In this document: positions 55,459 to 64,000 of the stretch, in pieces
Numbering within the stretch: position 1 is the first letter of the stretch
Layout of the letters: each line of letters opens with the position of its first letter
NCBI RefSeq assembly: GCF_001194135.2
Contig: NC_068999.1
Span: forward strand, 37,524,859 to 37,588,858
Origin: Octopus bimaculoides
Lineage: Eukaryota
Direction of reading: 5' to 3'
Length of the DNA: 64,000 nt
Made by a program: the position numbers and the translations under genes
The notes under the pieces: generated by a model
What the model saw: only the letters and a program-made list of their open reading frames with translations
Told to the model about the DNA's origin: nothing
Databases searched by the model: none

Positions 55459-55640
55459 GGCGGTGAGCTGGCGAAATTGTTAGAGTGTCGGACAAAATGC
55501 TTTGCTGTATTTCTTCCAGGTCTGTACGTTCTGAGTTCAGATCCTTCCTAGGTCAACTTTGCTTTTCTACACATCAGGATCGATAAAAAAGTATATAAAT
55601 GAAGTACTAGGATCGATGTAATTGAGTTTAGCTTGGTCTT
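55459..55640 (+). mobile_element. SINE family 1 copy
   Basis: ggcggtgagctggcgaaattgttagagtgtcggacaaaatgc...gttctgagttcagatccttcctaggtcaactttgc. Confidence 0.85.
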
Positions 55641-56331
55641 ATCCTCAATCGGGATAAACATGTTCCTTAGGATTCTTAATGATCTATTTCCGCATTGAAA
55701 TATCTCCATAGTCCACAATAGACAAACCCCTATAGACAAACTCTCTAGCATGATCCAGTGTATTATACTTCGATTTTCTACTGGCGAAAGAAAGCGAGAA
55801 ATAATGTCACGAATTGTCTCGTTTATACTAATCGAACTGTATGCACTTAATTTGAACTAGATTTATGTTATTTTTAGCCTTGTTGTTATTTCTGACGAGA
55901 CATTCAAAATATTCATTCTGTGCAACTAAAGTCAGACCTTCCGTCTTTCCTTTCATTTCGAAGTCTTTCAACCAATCAGTAACGGCTTTCATTTTCTCTC
56001 AGATCTTGAAACGTTTTAGTCATAAACTAGTTTCTCTTTACATTTTTTATCTTCTTTAATATATTTTAGAATTCCATTTTTCCTTTTTGTTTCTTTTATT
56101 ATTTCTTTGTTGTTGTTTTGTCCTCATTAAAATCTTTTTCTTCCCTGTACTTCTTTTCTAGTTTGTACTTTAATGCTTCTTTACAGATAGAAAGAAAACT
56201 TCTTTATATTTTCTTTTATGTTTTATTAAACTAATCACATTGCTTTTGCTGGCTTCAAACTATTTTCTATTTCCACTGTTGCTACTTTGTACTAGTTTAC
56301 ATCTTCTATTAAGGTCATCCTCCTCCTTCTT

Positions 56332-56364
<33 letters not shown>

Positions 56365-56413
56365 CTTCTTCTTCTTCTTCTTCTTCTTCTTCTTCTTCAT
56401 CATTATTATTGAA

Positions 56414-56623
56414 GGCGGCGAGCTGGCAGAATCGTTACCACGCCGGACAAGATGCTAAAAAGTATTTCGTCCGCCTTTACGTTCTGAGTTCAAATCCCAC
56501 CGTGGTCGACCTTGCCTTTCATCCTTTCGGAAATCGATAAAATAAGTACCAGTTGAAAACTGGGTCGATGTTATCGACTCATCCTCACATCCCCAAGCTG
56601 CCCTTGTGGCAAAAATTTGAAAT
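56414..56623 (+). mobile_element. SINE family 1, best-preserved full-length copy with (AAT)n tail
   Basis: A-box-like tggcagaatcgtta, B-box-like gagttcaaatccc, core gtcgaccttgcctttcatcctttcggaaatcgataaaataagtaccagt, then an AAT tail. Confidence 0.9.
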
Positions 56624-57233
56624 AATTATAATAATAATAATAATTATTATTATTATCATTATTGTTATTATTAGTAGTAGCAGCAGTGGTAATAGTAATA
56701 GCAGTAGTAGTATTAGTAGTTGCTGTTGCTGTAGTAGTAATAGTACTAGTATTGGTATTACTAGTACCGAACTGTTAAAATCTGTCTATGAACTAAATTA
56801 GCTGACCTACCTTTTAAGAAAAAGAAAAAAAACCCCACAAAAAACGCAAAAAAAAAGAAAATAAAGCAAAGAAATATTTTAAAAGAGAAAATGAAAGAAA
56901 ATAAACGAAAACACAAAACATAATAAATAAATAAATAATCGTTGGAACATTCTCAAATTTAAAATTGATTAGTGGACTGATTAGTAGTTGCACGTTGGAT
57001 AATTAGATAATCATAAATCCAATTATTAGAGAAAAGTAAAAAAGAAAAAAAAAAACACAATGCTGTTGTTATTGTTGCTGATCATGAAGCTGGTGGTGAT
57101 GGTGATGGTGAAGTTAGTGATGATGACATTGCTGTTGCTATAGTTGCTGCTGCTAATGGTAATCATCACCATGTTGGTACTGTCAATGCTGCTGCTGATG
57201 AAGGTGTCGGTTGAGATAGTGACGATGTTGTAG

Positions 57234-57264
<31 letters not shown>

Positions 57265-57499
57265 TTCTTACAGTGGTGGTAGTGGCGGTTGTGAGGATGA
57301 TGATGGAGTTGGTGATGGTTATATGGATGATGGTGATGATGATAGTGATGATGATGTTGACGGTGATGGCTAGGATAAATAAATAAATAAATAATTTAAT
57401 GTTTTGCATCTGTTTAGTTCGAAATCTTTGAGTAATGAACCGATGTAAGTTTGGTCCAGAAATGACATTAAATAAAACAGAACAGATTAATATTACACA

Positions 57500-58370
57500 G
57501 GTGTCTGCTAAGTCAATTAACAAAAAATATCTTATTTTGAGGAGCGATGACAACAAGTCTCCTCAAATCACAAGTATATTTCTTAGGTTTCTTGTAAAGT
57601 AACGGATGATACTTTCCTGTGAGTTTCAATTCCAATTTCTTTCGGTCTTTTAGATGGCATTTTGGGTGCCGAGCAAACTAATTACTGCAAAGAATATACG
57701 TTGTCTTGATCTTCCAGTCTCTTCAGCTCTCTGGCTAGATCCTGATATTTCTAAATTACTTGAAATTGTTTGGTATTGACTCTATCCTATCATAAGAAAT
57801 TGCAAAATCAATGATCTTACACTGTTTAATTTCTCCTCTATGATCGTACCTGTTTCTTTTTTGCTTTAATAGCATGGTCAGTCTTTATGGGGAAATTCCT
57901 CAAAATCTTGTAATTCTTATTTTTGCTCACAACCTCTGGTTCATGTTGATACCAGTTTTCTATTGTTCTGAATCCACACAATCGACTTACATTCCAATGC
58001 ACTCTTTTGCCTACGCAGTCATGTCTGCATTTATACTCCTTTTATGATAGTATACTGCACTCGCTCAAAAGGTGATTGATACATTTATTTCCTTTTCTCC
58101 AGATTTTACATTTGCAGTCTGACTGAGTTCTGTCGATCTTTGCTTTTATCAGGCTTGTTAGAATTACTTTTCTAGAGCGGTTATAATTAGTGTTTCTGTC
58201 TCTCGTTTCATGTTCCCCTCCATAAACCAGATCCAGCAGTCTTTACTACTAGCATTCCAAGTATGCTGCATGAATTGGCCATGTAGTTCCATTTCTTAAT
58301 ATTTTTGTGTTCTGATGTTCTTCCTTTTTTCCTTGAATTCTGCTAGTTTCGGTCACTCTTCGGATATCTC
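57500..58370 (-). mobile_element. R4/Dong-like retrotransposon 3' region, decayed
   Basis: ELHGQFMQHTWNASSKDCWIWFMEGNMKRETETLIITA; AKIDRTQSDCKCKI...INHLLSECSILS*KEYKCRHDCVGKRVHWNVSRLCGF...WYQHEPEVV...KILRNFPIKTDH; IIDFAISYD; YQDLARELKRL. Confidence 0.9.
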
Positions 58371-58376
58371 CACACC

Positions 58377-58377
<1 letters not shown>

Positions 58378-58437
<60 letters not shown>

Positions 58438-58452
58438 CACCGCTGCTGCTGA

Positions 58453-58500
<48 letters not shown>

Positions 58501-58540
58501 CACCACCGCTGCTGCTGCTTCTGCTGCTGCTGCTGCTGCT
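58378..58540. repeat. Compound (TAC)n(CAC)n(GCT)n tract repeated twice
   Basis: Direct. Confidence 0.9.
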
Positions 58541-58625
58541 TGTAGAATCGTTAAGTTGTCGAACAAATTGCCTAGCTATATTTCTTCTTAGACAATATAT
58601 TCTGAGTTCAACTTTGCCACTCATC
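58540..58625 (+). mobile_element. SINE family 1 head fragment, degenerate
   Basis: gtagaatcgttaagttgtcgaacaaattgcctagc...ttctgagttcaactttgcc. Confidence 0.55.
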
Positions 58626-58684
58626 CATGAAATTTGAGGAACAGGGGACAGGAGACAGTCGTTTGCTTTGCACCGACCGCAGAA

Positions 58685-58822
58685 TTTGTTTGGTATTTCG
58701 CTTCATTAACTCATAAAAGGATGAAAAACAAAGTCGACCATGATGGCATTTGAACTCAGAACGTAGAGTCGGAAGAAACACTGCGAGTCACGTTTCACGA
58801 AACTCTAATTATTTTACCACCT
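58685..58822 (-). mobile_element. SINE family 1 copy
   Basis: aaaggatgaaaaacaaagtcgaccatgatggcatttgaactcagaacgtagagtcggaagaaac...ttttaccacc. Confidence 0.75.
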
Positions 58823-58827
58823 TCTTT

Positions 58828-58863
<36 letters not shown>

Positions 58864-58889
58864 TATACGCCTATTTCACAGCAGTGCTC

Positions 58890-59070
58890 TACCCAAAAAA
58901 CGAATATAACATACAGAAAATTGCACTACTGGGTACTGCACACATTCTACGCAAAACACTTTCAATACAGTAAACATAAGAGCACCTCAGCAAACCACAG
59001 CACATACCCAAGGCGCACAGAGCTGCGCTCGGTAGTGAAGTGAAAGCACGTTATAAAAATAATACTGAAC
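58890..59070 (+). mobile_element. Extremely 5'-truncated R4/Dong-like 3' end flanked by (TAA)n
   Basis: NIQKIALLGTAHILRKTLSIQ* (stop 58971-58973) plus ~95 nt 3' UTR. TAA runs lie at 58829-58862 and ~59070-59082. Confidence 0.9.
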
Positions 59071-59081
59071 AATAATAATAA

Positions 59082-59116
<35 letters not shown>

Positions 59117-59794
59117 ATGATGATATCAACAGCAGCATTGGCAACAAGTATAACCATGATTATAATACAAAGAAGATTAAGAAAAAGAGGAAGAAGGAAA
59201 AGACAAGCCGAGCTACAATAACAAAACCAACAAAATAAGTTGAAGAAGAAGAATCGACGACTGAACATGGCGTAGAGCGGAGTTAAGTATTTTCAGTCTC
59301 CCAGGTATTTCTCTAAAATGGAACGGAGAAAATACAAGGTTATAAATAAATAGATTAGATTGCTTTTGACAATAATAATTCTGTGATAATAATACCCTCT
59401 GCAAAATCGAATTAAGTTTATCAAAATGCACAGCATTATCGCACAATATCACATAGTATCACACAGATCAATATTAGCCGATAAAGACATTACATTAGTC
59501 GTTCGTCTTCCAAGCAGACGACAGTTATTTCAATAAAGAACGAGAAAGGACTTATGGCTTATGTATGTTTATATGAAGTCAAGGAGAGACCGTAAGAGGT
59601 AAGAAGAGAGAAAGGAGGAGAGGAGGACAGAGAAAGAGGAGGAGGAAGAAGGAGGGATGGGGAGAGGAATGGGTCGAATAAATAAAATGTTTCCATGAAG
59701 TCTCAGACAAAGAGAGAAAGTAAGAGAGAATGAGAAAGAGAAAAAAGAAAGAAACAGACCGAGAGAGTGAGAAAGGTGAAAAGAAAGTATTGAC

Positions 59795-59871
<77 letters not shown>

Positions 59872-60371
59872 ATAGAGATAGATAGATAAATAGATATATT
59901 TAGTTTGTATTGTAGTATGTTCTCTAAAAATATTGAATACACGTGAGAGCTCTTAGCAGTTTGTCATACGCTGCACACAGTCACACACACAGACAAACAC
60001 ACACGCACACACGCGCACAAACGCACTGCCACACACACACTCTCTCTCTCNNNNNNNNNNNNNNNNNNNNNNNNNNNNNNNNNNNNNNNNNNNNNNNNNN
60101 NNNNNNNNNNNNNNNNNNNNNNNNNNNNNNNNNNNNNNNNNNNNNNNNNNNNNNNNNNNNNNNNNNNNNNNNNNNNNNNNNNNNNNNNNNNNNNNNNNNN
60201 NNNNNNNNNNNNNNNNNNNNNNNNNNNNNNNNNNNNNNNNNNNNNNNNNNNNNNNNNNNNNNNNNNNNNNNNNNNNNNNNNNNNNNNNNNNNNNNNNNNN
60301 NNNNNNNNNNNNNNNNNNNNNNNNNNNNNNNNNNNNNNNNNNNNNNNNNNNNNNNNNNNNNNNNNNNNNNN

Positions 60372-60406
<35 letters not shown>

Positions 60407-60409
60407 CAC

Positions 60410-60562
60410 GACGCGCTTCTTTCAGTTTCCGTCAACCAAATCCACTAGCAAAGCTTTGGTCGGCCCGCGGCTATAGTAGAAAACACTTGCCGAAGGTGCC
60501 TTGCAGTGGAACTGAACCCCGACCCATGTGGTTGGGAAGCAAGCATCTTACTGCACAACCAA
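60410..60562 (-). mobile_element. SINE family 2, 5' half
   Basis: Reverse complement ggttgtgcagtaagatgcttgcttcccaaccacatgggtcggggttcagttccactgcaaggcaccttcggcaagtg...gacggaaactgaaagaagcgcgtcgt followed by (TG/TA)n. Confidence 0.85.
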
Positions 60563-60599
60563 TCCTGTATGTAAGGCTATATGTATGTATAAATCTTTT

Positions 60600-60790
60600 A
60601 TATCTCTTTAACTTATTTCAGCTGTAGAACTGAACCCCTGCTGGGGCACCACCTTGAAGGATCTATTCGAAGAAATTACCCTTAGCACTTTTTAAAAATG
60701 TAGTACTTATTCTATAGGTCGTTTTCGTCAAACCATCAAGCTCCGGAAACATAAACAAAGCAACACCGGAGACATAAACAAAGCGTGTGC
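60600..60790 (-). mobile_element. SINE family 2, 3' half (separate copy)
   Basis: acttatttcagctg...ctggggcaccaccttgaagg...agtacttattctataggtcgttttcgtcaaacc...cataaacaaagcaacaccgg. Confidence 0.7.
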
Positions 60791-62044
60791 ATGCCTGTGT
60801 ATTTGTGAGGTAGACAGATACCCCCACCACACACACATATACGCACCACCCATATATTGATAGACAGATAAACTGATATATAGATAGACCGGTAGATATA
60901 GAGAGTGAGGAAAAAGGGAATTCACCTGAAATTCTAAAGAGACGAAAGAAACTGAATCTTCACAAAATATTTTCTGTAAAATCAATTTATTGTGAGAAAT
61001 AGTCTGGACCCTAATTTGTGTCTTCTGAGTGAAAACCCTAATATTGATGTTGTTATCTCTGATTGAGCAGATCTGTGATCAAAAGCATTCCATCCAAGAC
61101 AATTGTATCAGACGGAAGAAATGGTGATGATGATGATGCTAATGATTATTATTGATGTTGTTTTATATTTAAACTCTACGTCACGATGTTGCTCATAGAC
61201 ATCTTGTCGTATGATACACAATTGTTTTTATTTTGCTATTATGCTGAGGAAAAAATACTATAAAATATAATATAAGCGTATTTATTTTTTCTATTAAGAA
61301 AAAAACCAAAACTATCAATGTTTCGATCATAGGACTTTATCAAGAGAGTGAAGAGAGAATAGGAAAAGTTAAACACCGGCTGCTTTTAGTGAATGAAATG
61401 AAACAGTCGGTAATTTTTTATATTAGGTTAGAGCGAGTGAAGATGGTTGATGAGGAGAAATGTCGGACATGTTAAAAAAATGACTAGCTGACTGCAGCGG
61501 CAGTACTTGTGGTTGTGAGTGGGCATGCGTATCAACACAACAACAATAACAACAACAACAGTGTGTGGGCTTGCGTAAGAGAAGAGCTGAGAAGTATGAT
61601 TGTCGGTTTGCATTTGTAAAATGGTGAAAGTTGGCAAGTGATGAGGAAGATTTAGAAGTAAAAGTTGTTGTTCATAGAAAGAGGAAAAGAAGTAACCAGT
61701 CGAAAGCTGGTGATGTGTGTGACCCACGGAGGTGAAATGGCAAGCTATAAATTTAGAGCGCCCTTAGGCACCACCTATCGGCCCTCTAAATCGATGCGCA
61801 TTAATGAATGCGTCATTTAAAAAAAAATTACTAGTACATTATGAAGTGGCATAATTTTTGCTACTAATGCAATCTTTAACTCTGCCATAATATAGCTCTG
61901 ACTACATCATTCGAAGTTTCCATCAGTGTGACTAGAGGTGAAACTGATCGCTGTTATCCTATAGGTCCAACTACTACATCGGAACTGTTTTAACGGTTCG
62001 GCAAATTCAAGTGTGAGTTTTTCCTCGACTTGTACTTCGTTTCA

Positions 62045-62168
62045 ACGAGGCCAGAAGGATCAATGACAAAGCTAGCATCGGTGAGATTTGATCTCGAAAC
62101 ATAAAGAGTCTCAAAATATATTGCACGATATTCCTCCGAAGCACAAACGATTCTGCAAATCAACCGCA
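62045..62168 (-). mobile_element. SINE family 1 copy, degenerate
   Basis: gaaggatcaatgacaaagctagcatcggtgagatttgatctcgaaac...aacgattctgcaaatcaaccgc. Confidence 0.6.
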
Positions 62169-62229
62169 ATGTGGAAATGGAAAAGTCCGAGTAACGACCA
62201 TTTATTTCATCGATATATATATAAGCTTA

Positions 62230-62470
62230 CGTGTGTGTCCCTTTGAATCTATGTTTGTTACTCCCGCCAACCGCATGGCAACCGGAGTTCCTTTCTTTGC
62301 GCCCATAAAATATGACAGTTCGAAGAAGCGACCCAGAGAATAGGTACCCGATGTAAAGCAAAGATTATGAATACTATGGGCTATTTGTTCGACTAAAAAC
62401 TTTGATAGCGGTGCCCCAGCATGGCCGCAGTCCAATGTCTTACATAGCTGAAAGGTAAAAGATAAAAGAT
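62230..62470 (+). mobile_element. SINE family 2, 3' half
   Basis: ...gagaataggtacc...ggctatttgttcgactaaaaactttgatagcggtgccccagcatggccgcagtccaatg...ctgaaaggtaaaagataaaaga. Confidence 0.75.
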
Positions 62471-62704
62471 ATTTGCATGGGTATGTCGAGGTGTATATAT
62501 GATATGTACGCACGAAACTCTCAGACCTATANNNNNNNNNNNNNNNNNNNNNNNNNNNNNNNNNNNNNNNNNNNNNNNNNNNNNNNNNNNNNNNNNNNNN
62601 NNNNNNNNNNNNNNNNNNNNNNNNNNNNNNNNNNNNNNNNNNNNNNNNNNNNNNNNNNNNNNNNTATATATATATATATATATTCACACACACATATACA
62701 TAGA

Positions 62705-62741
<37 letters not shown>

Positions 62742-62974
62742 GAATAAATATACTGCTATGTATGTCAAACTGTAAAGACTTCTTATCTTTCCAGTTTGGT
62801 TATAATTTAGTAAACTTAAGAGTAACATAAGCTATGATTATGAGAAATCCTACACAAATATTCTGGAAATATATATTTACTTTATCACTCACTCTCCCCC
62901 ACTCCACAAATATATACATCTATATCAATATATGTACACAACTACATATATATGTGTCTGTGTATCTATATATA

Positions 62975-63017
<43 letters not shown>

Positions 63018-63283
63018 ATTGGACGCATAAGAGAAGTTATGTGTATAGATTATGTGTCCCTATGTGTTTGAGTGGATATCCTTATATGTGTGTGTATGTG
63101 TATATAAACACTTATACATGTGTGTATGAACATGCATTCTATGTAAGTATGTGTACGTATGTATGTAGTTAAGCGTGTACATTAATGTATCGATGTAACG
63201 GAAATTTATCTGATGAGATGAAGCAGTTATTTTGTAAATGAGTTGTTAAATAGTAGCAAGGATTGGTGATTGTATAATAATGA

Positions 63284-63337
<54 letters not shown>

Positions 63338-63451
63338 NNNNNNNNNNNNNNNNNNNNNNNNNNNNNNNNNNNNNNNNNNNNNNNNNNNNNNNNNNNNNNN
63401 NNNNNNNNNNNNNNNNNNNNNNNNNNNNNNNNNNNNNNNNNNNNNNNNNNN

Positions 63452-63499
<48 letters not shown>

Positions 63500-63729
63500 G
63501 CATATATGTGTGCGTGTGTGTATATATATATATATGTATATTCATGCACACAAATATGTAGTATGCATCCTGTTTTTGTTGTGTGTTTATACAGAAAAGA
63601 ATGGGAGAGAAGAAAAGAGAGATTGGAAGATGATGATTGACACTTTTTTGGGTGAGTGCAAGTCGATTACTTTGTGTTTGTGTGTGTGCGTGTGTGTGCA
63701 GAATATATTTGCGGATATTTCTTAAGGAC

Positions 63730-63906
63730 GATGCTTAGAGGTATTTCGTCTGATTTTACGTTCTGAGTTTAAATTCCGCCGAGGTCGATTTTGCCTTCAT
63801 TCTCTCAGGGTCGATAAATTAAGTACCAGTTGCGTACTGTGGCCAATCTAATCCACTGGCCCCTTCCCCCAAAATTTCGGGTCTTGTGCCTAGAGTAGAA
63901 AAGAAT
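63730..63906 (+). mobile_element. SINE family 1 copy
   Basis: atgcttagaggtatttcgtc...gttctgagtttaaattccgccgaggtcgattttgccttcattctctcagggtcgataaattaagtaccagttgcgtactg...gtgcctagagtagaaaagaat. Confidence 0.9.
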
Positions 63907-64000
63907 ATATTTTGCACGGTTTCATCCTGAAGAAGTGTAAAGTTGTGATATAAAGTTTGACAAAATGTAAACTCAACCCCCCTCACCACCACATATAGAC

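Noticed and set aside
2387-63725. Long ORFs in the supplied track (poly-X, HT/YI/CV/LS/N/Q runs)
   Set aside because: They arise from N-gaps and simple repeats that lack stop codons, not from genes.

Overview
Eukaryotic, AT-rich, microsatellite-saturated DNA with about 23 N-gaps, most of them opening inside simple repeats. The SINE and LINE families look like those of an octopus genome (inference from recalled repeat sequences, not a database search). I found no host protein-coding gene, rRNA, tRNA or CRISPR array; nearly all ORFs in the track are microsatellite or N-gap artefacts. The window is a transposon graveyard. It holds seven fragments of R4/Dong-type (restriction-like endonuclease) non-LTR retrotransposons, several adjoining (TAA)n, plus a Penelope-like GIY-YIG fragment, a CR1-type RT fragment with YADD, a nearly full-length decayed mariner transposase, a 127-bp Tc1/mariner MITE, a 330-bp foldback element, many copies of two tRNA-derived SINE families, and a recent ~290-bp local duplication. 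The most interesting signal is a set of minimal type I hammerhead-ribozyme-like motifs. One family with an atypical CUG-U-N-GA core occurs twice (34191-34230 minus, 51482-51520 plus), and its core differences fall at positions the hammerhead fold tolerates. Three further decayed candidates from other families are also present. SINE and LINE boundaries are approximate.
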